NCBI GenBank assembly: GCA_013239625.1
Contig: MU053468.1
Coordinates: 124,001-188,000, forward strand
From: Lama guanicoe
Taxonomy: Eukaryota
Length of the DNA: 64,000 nt
Direction of reading: 5' to 3'
The position numbers and the translations under genes were made by a program. The stretch's first letter is position 1. Every line of letters starts with the position of its first letter. Positions 1 to 15,708 of the stretch are shown one piece after another. The notes below the pieces were generated by a model. That model was given only the letters and a program-made list of their open reading frames with translations. It was not told the origin of the DNA and ran no database searches.

Positions 1-1685
1 TTTGGGTAGCGTAAGCCTGAGGATAAAGTAACAGAAAGAAACAAACAGATCTCCTTTGGAATGAGATTCCTAGGCCCGGACGAAAACTGCAGCGACGGGG
101 TAGGGGACACAGTTCTGGACAGAACCTTGAGTTTTTCTCTGGAGAATCAGTGCCTCTCGTGGGGGTGGGCCTGGTTGTGCTTAGAGCCCAGCTCTGCCCC
201 AGGGAGCGGGGGGGGGGCAGAGGGAAAGCCACAGTGGGAGGCAAGATCCTTGTGAATCAGCTTCCCCTTCGCAGACCTGCTTCAGTTCTGTCCAAGCCTT
301 TAATAGAGGGATAAAGTGGCCTGGCGTCCCCCAAACTTGCCAACGTGCAATACGATAGGAACCAGGACAGTGGAGTGGTGTCAACATGTGGGCAGATGAT
401 CTGTCCCAGTCCAATCAACAGAGCCTCCCCGAGCACCTACTGTGTGCAAAGTCTGTCCAAGGCTGGGATGGCAGGGGGGAGGGGGATGAGCACACAGCCC
501 TCTCTCTGCCCCCCAGGGAATCCATGCATAAACTCGGCAGTGGTTTGCTCTGTGATTCTGCCACGTGCCACGTGGTTAATGCAATTTGCTTCGTCCCACT
601 AGGACGGATCTGATGCTGTACTCTGCTGCGGGCGGGGTTTCAGGCACCGGAAGGTGCTGCCCTGCGGGTCATTCAGGGAGGTCTGACCCCTCCTTGCCTT
701 CTGGCCAGTGCAGCAGACCCCCGCGGTGTTCTCAGCACTCATCCGTTCTAACCGAACGTGATTTTCCTTCTTTTCAGGCTCTGCTAATGACCCAAGGGAA
801 GGAAACCTTCCCAGTGGACTCTCCGTGACACTAATTCCCATTCCTCATCCAAGGCAGGGACGCTGCCCTCTGGGAGCTGAAATCTGAACCTCTTAACCCA
901 TGGTGGTTCCAGTTCAAGCCTGGAGAAGCTCAGTGACAGCCTGTTCCCTTCGCCTCCATTTAGCAACATCTGCTCCACAAACAAACACCTGACTCTGCTC
1001 CGCCCGCTGCCGGTCAGGAGTCTCCTGCGATTGGAACTGAAGCAATGCTGGGTTAGCACGTCCCGCTGGAAGCAGACGCAGCGGCACCTGATTCATTCTG
1101 AAAGGAAGCACTTAACCTTCAGAAACTTGGGCCGGGGCCGAGGCGCCCAGAACAGCCAATTCATTCAGCCCATTCCTCCTGTGCTCGCCTGGCACAGAGC
1201 ATCTATTCAAAAAATACTCATGAAGCACCTACTGTGTGTTAGGCTCTTGTTAGGTCATGGGCACCCAGTAGGGAGCCAGGCCCGCTCTCTGACCTCCTGG
1301 TGCTTACAGTCTAGTGACAAGAGTGGTGAGTGAGAGGACAGAGTAAGTTTATGGCGCTCTGGGAACAGAGATGGTGGAGGGCTGTCCATGAAGGCCTCCC
1401 AGAGAAGGTGATGTTTAGAGTGAGCTCTGAACATGAAGGATTCAGGTGAACAGTGGGGGACAAAGGTAAAGGTGAGAGTTGGAGCCAGGTTAGGTGGTTT
1501 TCAATGCCCTGATGAGGAATCGCTTATCTTACGGGTGACAGGAATCCATTCAGTGGAGGTGGTGATGCAGTCAGATTTGCGCTGGAAGATCTCCCTGGTG
1601 GCCCTGCACAGAGGATGGGTTACAGAAGGCCATGAATGGAGGCCTGGAAGCCGGCTTAGGAGGTAATTGTTCTGATCACGTGTTT

Positions 1686-1810
1686 CCATGCATGAGGTCC
1701 TGGGTTCAACCCCCAGCACCTCCATTAAATAAACACATAAATAAGCAAATAAACCTAATTACCTCCCTCCAAAAAAAAAACAAAAAGTAACTTAAAAACA
1801 ATTTTTAAAA
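1686..1810 (+). mobile_element. 5'-truncated tRNA-derived SINE (Vic-1-like, camelid)
   Basis: gaggtcctgggttcaacccccagcacctcc...aaacctaattacctccc plus A-rich tail; same body as other copies in the window. Confidence 0.8.
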
Positions 1811-1849
1811 AAGCACCCTTTTCAGCTCCTGTCTAATCACAGAATCAGG

Positions 1850-2625
1850 CAAAAATCATCACTCAATAATCCTAAAAGTGTCGGGGGACGGGACACTGAC
1901 ATGGGATACGCACATGGTCTCAAGAACATCACTCACAGATTCCTAACTAATTACAGGGGGAAAGAAGGCAGGGGAGGGGTCTGCTGGAGCCCCTTCACCA
2001 CGCCACCAACCCTCCCGTGGCCCACAGTGGGCAAACCTGCCGCATGTTCTCCTGATGGACGCCACGGGATACCCATCACCTGGGCTGTATTGGTGCCAAA
2101 CACGTTTCACCTGAATCTCCTCAGGAGGTGACCAGCAAGAGCGGAATGGGGAACAGTCTATGAGGCATCCGGCCTGGGCTCTTCAAAAGAGTTAGGTGAA
2201 AAATAGTGAACAAAAAGTGGAGAGACCATTCTAGATGAAAAGAGATTAAAGAGACATAACTATCACATGCAGTGTGTGAACTCTGATTGGAACCTGGAGT
2301 TTGAAAATTCTTTAACAGCCATAAAAGACATGTGGAAACAGGGAAATTTGAATGTAGTCTGTACATGAGGTGAATAAATGTTCGATTTCCTGGGTGTGCT
2401 AATATACTGTGCTTATGTGGGAGACTGTTGTTATTCTCGCGCGATACCTGCTGAAGGATCTAGGGCTGAGTGTCAGGATGTCGGTACCTTACTTCCAAGT
2501 GGCTCAGAGAAACGGAGAGAGACAGGACACAAACATGGCAGACTGTTGTCAAGGCAAAGGCACACACAATGTTCACTGAACTCTCCTTTCAATTTTCTGT
2601 AAATTTGAGGATTTTCAGAATAAAA
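1850..2625 (+). mobile_element. Ancient L1ME-like 3' fragment
   Basis: Degenerate L1 3' UTR motifs (attctagatgaaaagaga...gggaaatttgaatgtag...ttttctgtaaatttga...aataaaa). Confidence 0.6.
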
Positions 2626-5192
2626 CCTTGCAGAAAACTAACAGCTCTGATGCTCCAGGACACTCAGTAGAAATCTTGAGGCTTCATGGGTGAGGGTTTT
2701 ACAAATGCCTGGTTCACGATGCATGAAAGGACAGTCGGTCCACGATGGCCAGGTACAAGGTGACTTTCAGGTCCCTGGCATGGATGAAGGGTAGTGATTA
2801 TGTCGCTATTTGCCGAGGTAGCAAACATTGGAGAAGGAACCAGTTTTAGAGGGAAAAGGGAGGTAAAACTTTCAATTTGGACATCCAGACTTCCAAAGCC
2901 ACGCCAGCCCTGGGTTATGAACCCCTGATGTAGAAGACAGAGCACAGAGCATGAGACGCAGCACTGGGGAGCAATGGATGGAGAGAAAGGAAGCTATGAT
3001 GGAGACTAACAGGTAAGGGGGAACTGATAGTTTGGGTCAAAGATGTCAGGAAGTGGGTGGTCCAACAATGCACTACTACGGAGACATCAAACACACTCAG
3101 GACACTTGTAACCGTGAATGATTAAAACCTGGGTTTGTCAAACATACAGATTTTGCCCCTGCCTGTGTGACAGCAGTGGGTCAACTCAAGGGACCGGGGA
3201 GAAAGTCAAGATGCACCCAAATACTATTTGGCATCTATCAGGTGTCACCACCCATATCACCTGCCCTGATTCAGAGCCTCCATCAGCTCTTTATTGCACC
3301 TGGTCAGACCATCTCCCTCCCACAGAGGCCGCCTGGATGCCCCAGAGAGCGCAGCATTCTTGGCCCCCTCCTTTTCTTGTTTGGTGCTTTCTAGGGAGGA
3401 GGCAAGCCTGAGTGTTCTTTCAAAGGGCAATAGGGGGCTGTTTGATGTCAAAGCAAGTCCAAGACCTGCGAGATAAGAGATCAAAGGCTCTGAAAGCAAG
3501 CCTCAGCCAAATCTTAAAAGCAAGAGAGATCAAGATGGATAATAACCCTACCAAGAGCATGCATTGTTCACCAAGAGCAGAGGATCGTGTGGATCCTGAG
3601 AGCGTAGCTAGGAAACAAAGAGGAAACAAGCTGGCCATCTCGACCAGCAACGAGTCATCAGAACGAGTTGGTCAGCTGTTTGAGCAAGTCTGAGCAACTC
3701 CAACAGTTATAAGGGTCCCGAGCGTGTTTGTTTCAGAGTTGCTTCTGTTGGGCTGCTAAGATGTCCCACCGCAAACCGACCAACGCAATCAGCATTTTTA
3801 GCCTGCCAGCCAATTGTCTGGCATCCCTCAGACCAGGGATGGCAGAAAATGTCCTCTCATACTTGTCTCCTCCAGTTACAGAGCGCTGACCACTGCAACG
3901 GCGAAAGCTGAGAACTTCATCTGACACATTTGCGAAATTCATTGGCCTTCACAGGCTGTTCCCCAAACACCTGGCCTGAACGTTCTCCTCTAACCAGCAT
4001 ACACAATATCATATTCAGAAAGTGCTCATAAGCTCTCATTTGCCTTGAAAAATCTCCGTCAGCTGTCAGAAAAAGCCAAAACCCCTCTTGGCTCCGGCAA
4101 CACATTTACTGTGGGGAAACACAAGCCAATTTGGTCAGACCCAAGAAGTTTTAACCAAATCCAGGTGAAGGAATCTACCTGGAAAAGCAGGAGAATCTTA
4201 TAAGCAGCTCTGAGAAATAATTCTCAGGAGAGAGATGGAAAAAAAAAAACAACCCAACCACATGAAACCATTTGTACCATGGTAGGCAACTCAAAATCAA
4301 ATTTCACAAATGGGAAATGTCATGTAAGCCTGATCTAAAAGGATGGTTTCCAAATGTCTTGAGATTGTGCAGCCCTCTTGTATCCAGCCCCGCTCCCTCG
4401 CCTTGGAAGCCTCAGGCTTTAGTCCTGGAGGTAATCAAGTTTTAAAACCCCTTAAAGCTGATGAGCCCTGGTCTCCCCCTTCCTCCCAAAACACAGATAA
4501 GAACATCACAGAACCTACTTTAAAAATATCTAGTCTGTGTTTATTCTGAATGCGAGATATGACAGACACCCTCCCTCAAGTTTAAGAGAAGTTTCTAAAT
4601 CCAGTAGGACATGCTGTTTTATGTGCAGAGGTGCAGCCCCCGTCTGCAGTTCAGGGGAGTTCCACTGAACACGCGTGAGGACTCGTAACGTATAGGCAGG
4701 CTTTTTGTAGAGCCCTTGTGTTCCCAAATTGGCTTTAGGTTTGAAACCCTAAGCTTCAGTATGAAAAAAGACCAGGCGCTGTGTCTCTGCTAATAATAGA
4801 GCTCACCTTCCCCGAGCCTCCGAGAGATGAGAGAGCTGGAAAGGGAGTGGTTCCCACTGTGGGAGTATCCAAAGGCTTGAACGAGGGCTGCAGCCTGAAC
4901 AAACAAATCTGCCGAGACTACGCTACGGCTCACCCACCTGGCAAGCTCTGCTGCGTTCCTCCCGATACCCCCCGAAGAGCTCTGTCCCCCAACACAAGGG
5001 ACCACAGGTGACTCTGAGAAGGCACACACATGCTGGTGTTTAGAACCTACTACATGGGCTGAAGATGCCTATTAGCTCCTTAAAGGGAACTTCTCCAAGT
5101 TCATAGCTAAAACCCAACTCCATTAGAAAATGCTTCTTGAATAAGAATAAGCTAATGGCCATGGCTTTATAGAGTCTCAAGATGTTCTACTA

Positions 5193-5366
5193 TAAATAAA
5201 CAAGGACCTACTGTAGAGCACAGGGAACTATATTCAATTTCTTGTAATAACATATAATGGAAAAGAATCTGAAAAAAAAAGTATATATATGTATAACTGA
5301 ATCACTTTGCTGTACACCTGAAACTAACATTGTAAATCAACTACACTTCAAAAAAAATAAAATAAA
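5193..5366 (+). mobile_element. Short 5'-truncated L1 3' end with target-site duplication
   Basis: Typical cetartiodactyl L1 3' UTR (acagggaactatattcaa...tcactttgctgtacacctgaaactaac), A tail, perfect 14-bp TSD aagatgttctacta at 5179-5192 and 5367-5380. Confidence 0.9.
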
Positions 5367-5714
5367 AAGATGTTCTACTAAAAGCCTACCACCAAACATC
5401 TGTGAAAATAAACCAGCGCCCCTCGAGGGGCTCCCCCACGTGCGGGACCACCCCACTGCTGGTCACAGATCTGTCAGTCAACATCCAGGGGACAGATCTG
5501 TGAGGGGGAACTTTATGTCCACACTCCTTCGATGACACGGAGATGGGTGGCTGACCGGCAAAGGCAGAAACAGAAAATGTGAGTTTCAACTTTCTGGGCA
5601 GTGATTTGGGTACAGAAATAGTCAAGGGGGGACTTCAGTAGATTTTCATTCGGAATGTGTGCGAAATCTCTTACTCCCAGGTCCCCCATCTCCCAACAGA
5701 AATGACAAATCCCA

Positions 5715-6538
5715 AGCAAAGTGAGACACGTCTTTTTATGTACAAACGGTCAGTGGGTACAGATGGCGTTACTTTTTATAAATATCTGCAGCAAAACTCC
5801 TAAAAAAGCTGTGGAGAGAAACCACCTTGCAGCACCAAAGGCCTGTCCGTCCTTCCCTAGAAGTGTTAACTTCCCGAGAGCCTATTCTTAGCCAAACACT
5901 TGTGGGGCCTCCTGGGAAGGACAGGACCGCTCTGGGACCAGGAGAGAGCCTTTCCATCTCCCCAGAGAGCCGAGGTGACTCAAAGGTCATCTGTTGCCCA
6001 GGACCTGGGAGTGATTAAACGGCTTCTTCCCAAGACTTCGGTCTTTGTCAAGTTGCTGATTAAACGTCTGTTTCCTGGCAGTGGCCCAGAGGGAGGGAGG
6101 AAGAGAACCTACAATAGTGTGAGGAAGTAGAAAACTCTGGGTATTTTGATAAAAAAAAAAAAAACACTCGGTAATCAGCGCAACCCTGTGAAGCCAATGG
6201 ATCTAGTTCAGCAGAGGGAACACTGCGATTCAACCTTCCAGAACCTACAGGCAAGCATTTTTTTAAGGAAGAGAATGACTTAGCACCAATTTCTCTCTCT
6301 TTCTCTGGTAATACTTCCTTTTCCTTCGAGCTGCGATGGCTGCAGTCCGAGCGCAGCTGAGTGGTACCTCCCATCGGTAACGCAGCTGGGCAGGTGGGGG
6401 AGCGCGGTCACGTGGCACAGAACAAACGGCGCTCTCACACCAGAATGCAACTCTTCCGGGGGGGGGGCGTCCTGACTTGGGAACACAGGCGGCCCCACCA
6501 TCTCCTCCAGGGGTCGGCTCTCCAGCCCCAAAGGGGCT
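5715..6538 (-). other. SMTNL2: Probable SMTNL2 3' UTR (3' end uncertain)
   Basis: Follows the stop codon. Minus-strand TATAAA (~5775-5780) and CATAAA (5735-5740) variant poly(A) signals with U/GU-rich sequence downstream. A canonical AATAAA occurs further on at 4540-4545. Confidence 0.45.
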
Positions 6539-6862
<324 letters not shown>

Positions 6863-9800
6863 CTAGACCTACTTCAAATTTTCAATGAAATTCAATGTCG
6901 CTTTGAACTTTTACAACATTAAGTTCTCCACTAAAAAATTAAATTTTATTCATTTAGTTTAACTTAATTTAATTTTATTAATAAAAATTTAGTTTTGAAA
7001 TTAAATTTCACTAAAAAACCTCTACCAGCAGTATATGGAAAATCAGCACAGACTATAAAAATGAATGGAAAATGAATAAAGTAAAAAGTAAATCCACCCA
7101 CATGCCTCCTAAAACAGTGTTTTTAACGCTTTTCTTCACCACGACCCACAGAGATTTTTCATCATCATGATTCAGCACACACATACATATATGTGGAAAT
7201 AAAGTTTCACAAAAATACTCTATATTATTCACATATTCTCTATATTTCATCTTTATTTCTCTTCCCACCTCTTTTTTTTTTTTTAAATACTGGTCATGAG
7301 CTACAAAATTGACTTTATTATCCACTCAAGTGTCACAACTCAGAGTTTTAAAAATTGCTTAAAATCATCTTGTGCCAGCCGGCCCTGGGCCCTGGGCATC
7401 AGGCTCTGGGAAAATACTGGTTTAATTTCTGGCCCACTGGTGTAGATGTGCGTAGAAACTGGGGGCTTTCACTGAGCTGGAAAAAGAGCTGTTCCCTCCA
7501 CCGATCCCAGCTGGGAGGGGGGACTGAAGGTTTCGAGGAAGCGGAAAGATGAGCATCTCCCTTAAGGGATACAGCACTGAGCATCACAGCATCTCAGTGC
7601 TGCACCGGGAAGTAACAGCAGGGATCCTCGGCAGTGCTGAGAAGCGCTCCCCATCCCACCACCACTCCCCACCGGCGCCAGATGTGGCCGGTCTGACCTT
7701 ATCAGGCCAAATCGAAAGGCCCAAAGTGATCGCACTTGGTCCAATCCTCAGTGTCCTTCCTTCAACAGCTGTGTGTAATACTAAGGTCCCTCGGATTTTC
7801 CCTCTGTATCAGTAAGTGTGTGAGTGTCAGGGTTCATGCCCCAGCTGCATCCTTCTTAGTGATACGATTTGGGCAAGACACAACTTCTTGGGGCCTCAGT
7901 TTCCCCATCTGAGATAGCAGCCACTTCACAAGGTGGTGTGAGGATGAGGGAGCAAACCATGCAAGCCAGCTGGAACGGTGTCCGGCACGTAGAAAGAGCT
8001 CAGTAAGCGTTAGACATGATCACTGCTGCTGTTTTTATGATCACACGTCATTCTCAGAAGCAGGGTGGGTCATCAGAGAGGAGCCCCGAATTGGAAGGCT
8101 AACGAGCTGGGTTCAGACCCTGGCTCTGCCCATTGCTTAATCCGACTCCCACCTCTGCTCCCCCTCCTGGCGGGCTGGTTCTTGGTGGGAGCTGGTGTAT
8201 TGTCAGGTGCCTTGTACCCCAAGCACTTCCTACCAGGCCCCACCTGCTCCCTGTAACACTAGCATGGGGCCCTGTTCTGTGGTGCTGGCCTGACGCCAGG
8301 CCTCTTATCAGAAACCAAATGTCAGGGCAAAATAGAGATATCTGTCCTGGAACCCACTGCCGCCTCCCCCTCGGTCTGGTAAGGGAATCCAGTGGCTCCG
8401 TGGGGTTGCGAGTGGTTCTGGCCCAATGAGCAGGCACCCTTGCTCCCAGGATGGGCCAGGGCAGGGCTCAGGGTCAGGGAAGTCGGAGCTCTGATAAGGG
8501 TGCACATGCAAAGATGCTCTGTCGATAGTCGAGGATTGAAAATCTGAGTTCCTAGAGAGGCCGGGGGCCTGGGTTTACCTCTTGAGATGCTATCACATAG
8601 CACCTGCTGCCCTTCTCCTCACCTGCAGCACAAGGAGAGCTCCTACCTCCCTTCCTCCCAGGGCTGCTGTCAGAGGATCCCAGGTGTGTGTAAACAGCTC
8701 TGCACACATGCCCAGGGTATCAGCACGACACCAGTGGCCTCAGCAGTCCCCCCAGGACGCAAGGGCAGCATCAGAACCCTAACCCGCAGCCGTGGATAAG
8801 AACTGAGATCCCACCTTCCAAACCCCGACCCCTGCCCAGCTGGACAGTGGAGGCCCTGCCCCAGCCATGCTCACTTCCAGGTCCAGGGAAGGGGTCCTCA
8901 TTTCCTCCAAGGACAGCTCGAATCCCTCTGCAGGTGGCTTTGGCCACAGGGATGTTTCCCTCATATTTCTTATGCTGTTTTGCCTCTTGGTACTTCTAAC
9001 CTATTGGCCCCATGAGGCTATACTCAGTCTAATTTTTTTTTGCCCCACAAAAGAGTCCTGTTGGAAGAGAATCTTTAGATCCCCATCTTTCCCTGGTTCC
9101 TTCATTGCGCCTCCAAAGGGTACCTGGGACCCTCTCCTCTGAGCTGGTTCTGGTTTCTCTCCAGCCCTCTTCATGGAGGGCACCCAGAATCACTAGCACA
9201 TACCAGGTGTTGTCCAACTTGTGCAGGGAGAACAGGCTGACCCCGTTCTTCATTCTAGAGGCCACACTGACCCTCCCAGGAATGGCATCCCTGCCCCTGT
9301 GCAGGGTGGCGGTCAGGATGGGTGCTGAGGCCTGACTCCGGACAGGAAGCCATGCGCAAGGTGCTGGCTTCCCCGGCATGCAACCAGGGGACCGAGCCAT
9401 AGCCATCTGGTCCCCACCCACCCCAACCACCTCTGATGGTAGCGAAAAGACTCCTAGAAGCTGCGGACGCGGCTCCTGAGACAGGAGGTGGGAAAGGCAG
9501 AATGATGATGAGCACTGACTTTTATAGAAAACCTTTCTGTCTCCAAGCATCAGAGGCCCCCATGGCCTTTTAAAGGAAAACAAAACTGCTTTTGTGAAAA
9601 TACGAATTTGTTTCAAATAGTTCAAATGACATGGAATCACAGCCAAAGGAGAAAGTACAAGTTACTTCAGTGTCACCGCACAGCGAGAACCAGCGTTAGC
9701 ATCTGCCTACTAGCAATTCTAAATGAATTTGCTTAGTCCCACCTCGTCTGGGGTTAAAAGAGGTTTGGAGGGTGTCCTCCTACCATGGCTATTGTGATCT

Positions 9801-12800
9801 ACAGGCTGGCCTGTACGGCAGATGGAGGAGGTGTTTGAGGGGCTATTTTTATTTGTCTTAAGCCTTCTCTACATGCAGACTGGGACGCCCGGGCTTGGAC
9901 TCCAGCCTCCTCTCTGGTTTTAGAGACACATGGGCACTACAAATAGCCTGGAAGCTCCTTCTGCTCGGCCGTAACCGGAGAGCAGAACACATCCCCCACG
10001 TGGCCAGCGGGAGCCTCAGCGGCAGGGCCGGCCCCGGGCCCGCACTCCGCCCGGAGGTGTGGGGAGAAGGGTTCAGAGGGTTAAGCACCCAGAACAGGGG
10101 CTAGTCCTCCCGCTTTCCAAGTCCTGAACACCTGTCCAACGCGGGGAGCTTGCTTCGCTGTCAACACCGCATCACTCACACAGAGGAGGCCCCGGGAATG
10201 CTTGTGACGGTCAACTGTTGGGAGAAGGGGCAGCCCAAACCACTCCCACCTCACAGGCTCCAGATTCATCTCTGGGCTTTTAAGGCCCTTGCTCACAGAA
10301 GAGTCTGGAAACATCTCCTTCCTGATGGGAGGTGGATCCAGTGTTTGGGGGCCCTGTCCATGTCCTCTTTTCCTTCCCAAAGGCTGTGCCTTCATCAGAG
10401 CCCGGGCTCCGGTCACCCGACTCTGCCCGTTTACAGACTGCCCTTCTCTCAGCTCTGTCCTGCTGCCTGTGTAGCTCTGGACGGCTTCTAACAGCCCCCC
10501 GTGTCCGCTTGCCTTTTGCTGGCAAAACTAATGAGCATCTGTTAAGACACTGGTAGCCAGTATCCTCATGGAAGTGTCCCTATGCTTGCTTTCCAGCTTT
10601 TCCAACCAGCTTATTGTCCAAGAAACTAGGTGTGTCAAGCTGCCGTCCTCCCAAGAGGCCTCGGGCAGGCGGGCCCACCTTCCCAGCCGTCCCCCGAACC
10701 TGTGAGCCAATCTCCCGGATGATTCACGAGGGAGGCACCTTCCCAGACTCCCACACAGGCCTGCCCGGGGCGCCTCCACCCCGGCCCTCTCGCAGTCAGC
10801 AGAAAACACGACCCCATCTCAGGGGCCTCCAGACCATCCTCCCCTCCCTAGCCGGGAGCAGGCTCAGGCCATGGGGGAGGAAGGGCCAAGTTTTCACCCT
10901 GCTGTTTGCTCTGGGGAGGAGGGAGGCAAAATCTTGGAGCAGGCTCCCCCACTGCCCCACCCTCGGGAATAGAAGAAACATCTGTTTGGAGCTCAAACCT
11001 CGTGCTGGGAAGGCACAGCCACGAACCGCCCCGGCTCTGGCTGCCAAGGGAAGCTGTGTTCCCTGTGAGCTGGGATGCAGGGCCGCCACCTTCTCTCTGG
11101 TCCAGGGCTGTGGGTGACCAAGGCAGCCAGGGCATGAGCCGGCACTGCGGGGCCCACTGGACTTGATGGAGAAAAACGCTGGCAGCTGAGCGCGACCTCA
11201 CCCAGCGGTGGGGGGTCCTGGGGTGCCCACGTCAGAGTCCTGGCCCCGCACACCCTGACAGTCACTCTGTCTAGGCTTCCAAGCAGCTGGGCCCCCTCCC
11301 CAACATCATGCCGCTACACTTGGCTCTGCTTCGCCGTCGTCTGGATCCGGTTGTGTAACACACTCCGTCCAAAGCTGTTTCTGCAATTAGGATGACAGCT
11401 AATCCCAGGCAGCCAAGAAAGAGAAGGCTTTTAAAGTATACAAGGAGTTCCTATGACCCCAAGGGGGCCAAGAGTCCACGCACGTCATCCGAGACAACAC
11501 CACGGGGTCAATACTGGTACTCCGATGGCTCAGGCCAGGGAGCTCAGAGCCAGGGTCTCCGTTCTGTCCCCAGAGCAGGACCTGTGGCACCGAGCACAGG
11601 GCTGGACCCTGTCAGCTCCAACTCCTTCCCTGGCCAGGCCTGGGGCCAGGGGTCGGGCTGGGATGGGGGCTGGAATGGACTGAGGAGGGCAGGCAAGGGA
11701 GCTATGCTTCTGGGCAGTGACCAGCTCCTCAGTGAGGAGGGCTCCTCCAATTCAACCAGCACAGAAGAGCTCCTTCTGGACACAGGCACCGGCGACGCAA
11801 ACAAGACACAAAACGGGTCAGGCACACGGACTGCAGAGGCTCACTCCACCAGGCACAAAGGGCGGAGAGGATGATAACTGTCTCCTCTGGGAAACTCAGG
11901 TCTGGGGAGGCCTTCCTGCCCTCTTACCTTCCTCCCCCTAATTCCACGAAGCTCAGCACCAAGCAGCCCTCAGCACCCTCATCTCTGCCCCGTGCCTTCC
12001 CTGGGGAGGAACCCCGCCCTTCTGTGTTTAGCCCACGGGAGGTCCAGGTGTGAGGGCAGGAGGAGGGTGAGGGCAGAGTATTTATTCACTCAGCTCCCTT
12101 CCTGCCGGGTCACTGTGAGCCGGTAGCATCCACCGCCCAGAAGCACAGCTCCCATCAGCCAGCCCTCCCCACAGAGCTCTTCCCAACCCTGGGGCACGGG
12201 GCTGCTCCGGGCTCACGCCTCACTGGAGCCTTGCTCCAGCCCACACTCTTGTAAGGAATCCCTTTGTTGAACTCTCCTTGCCTGCACAGCTGGAAGGCAC
12301 CCCGGCCACAGCCCTGACTGTCGCTTCCGGGATGCCCTGGGGGTTGCTATTAGCTGATAACCAAATCCCAACCTCCCCGAGCGCCTCCTGACCCGGGAAT
12401 CACCCCCCACCCAATCTTCTCCCTATGAGCGGGGCTTAAGAAGGTAAGCAATTTCACATTAAACACTGGAATGACATTTAGGGAAGCAAAATCTACCGAC
12501 AGGAGAAGTTAAAACGTCCCCCAGGCAGCTATTATTCAATTTCCTGCGATCTGCAGCTGGGGCTGGCTCAAGCCGCCATCAGCGCTCTGGGGGACCCTGT
12601 CCCACCGCCCCTCACATTCTGTCTGTGGCTGGTCTCACAGACTGCACACCAGAGGCGGGACACCAGCAAAGGGGGCGGGAGCACTAGAAAAGGAGAACGG
12701 TACCACCGAGTGCTGGGTGGCCTGGGCAAATCCCCGCTCTGGGCCACAGTCTTCCCATCTGTGCGGGTGACGGGATGGATGGCCTAAAGGCTCTCGGCTC

Positions 12801-12895
12801 TGCCTCGGATCCTGCCCACCCCCATGCTCGACATGGGGCAGAACTCAGGCTCGGGGACCAGGCGGGGCTGGCCACCAGCGGCCCGGCCATACTCA

Positions 12896-13255
<360 letters not shown>

Positions 13256-13287
13256 CTAAGCACTGGCTGCAGGTGGCTGGAGACCTA

Positions 13288-13962
<675 letters not shown>

Positions 13963-14565
13963 TTATCGGCCAAGATCAGGTTGTCTGGGTCCGTGGGACA
14001 GTTCCTGGGTCTGTCCCCCCCACCAGAGTCAGAGCCTTGGGAGCCAGGACTGGGAGGTCATTGTCTCATAGGCCTGGGCCAACCCTAAACGTAACATGAG
14101 TCAACACCACTCACTGACAGGAGGGCTGGATAAACATGCAAAGGTGGCCCTGTTTCTAATGGGGCGGGCGGTGTAGTGTGGCAGGGAGCCAGTGGTACTG
14201 GGGTCTCACTGTGTCACCTCCAGCTTCTGCTGGGAATCCCAGTGACTGCCCTCTGGTCTCCCCAGTCATGCCTGGAAACTAACCTCTCCAGTTGGATGAG
14301 GGATGTGGGTGTGAGGGTGCCTGGAGTTCCCTCTGGGAATGTGGGAGAGGGGCTGGGGTCTCATCACAGCCTCCCTCCCACAACTGGAGCCACCTGCCCC
14401 TCAGCCGGCCCTGTAGCCAGCCCTGACCTATGTCTTGCCTGAGAGGTCACATCTTGGGGAACTGCCCTCGGGGGAACAGGACAGGGCCAGCTTTGCTCTG
14501 CCTGCCTGACCCCAGTCTGGGCTCAGGCTTTCTTTGGGGGCCCAGACAGGTCTGGGAGGGTGCTA

Positions 14566-14781
<216 letters not shown>

Positions 14782-15708
14782 TCAGGAGCACAGATCTGGC
14801 CATCACTAGCTCACACAGGCCCCGGGCCTCTACCCCACTGAATGTGAAATGAGGAAGCGGCTGGGCTACAGGCAGAGAGGAAGCACCCCTGTTCCAGCCC
14901 CCAACCAGTTCCGCAGGTTTTTGGAACTGAGCTGCTGTCTGAGGCCGGCCTGGCTAGCAGTGGGCCCCCTCTCTGCACATAATCGCCCCTCGGCAGGTGT
15001 CCACGCCTGCGGTGGGCAGGGGCATCCTCCTGGCAGGACAAGCACCCAGAACCAGCCCCACCAGGATCAGGCCCCCTCCTGGCCACCACTAAATAAGATC
15101 CCCTCTGTTTCCCCCCTAAAACAGTTTGTCAGAAAGTTACAATTCTTCTTTTATTATTAAGAGGGGGAGAAAAAAGCCAAGCCAGCCCCCACCCAACACC
15201 CAGCTCCGATCACAGTCCAGAGGGCCTGGGGGCAGCGCATGGGGACAACCAGAGGCCAGGAGGCAGCCTGTAACACAGAGAAGCCCCCACAGGCCTCCCC
15301 CAGGGTAAGGGCCTCTCCAGGTAACTTCTCAGTCCACAAGCAGGAAGCCCCCAGCTCAGAGGGAGCCTAGCCAGGATGGCTGAAGATCCATCCTGTGGAG
15401 ACTGAGAAACTCTCTCCAATCTTTGGACAGACTTGCTTTGAATGATCCTTAAAGAAACCAGCCCTCCGCCGTATTGCTCTAAACAAAACTCTCTACCAAG
15501 CTTCGCTGCCTCATTTCTCCTCTCAAACCCCACCCAGCGACACCGCTGCCTTAGTTCTCCAGAGGCACCAAGCCAAGGAAGGTGCCTCCTCCTGGGGTTG
15601 GCACTGGGAGCTCCGTGCAGGGGCCTGGGTAGCCTGGGTCCAAGGCCAAGCCCAGACACTTCCTGGGGAGTGACGACCCTGCTACCGGGAACAGGGGCCC
15701 TGACTCAC

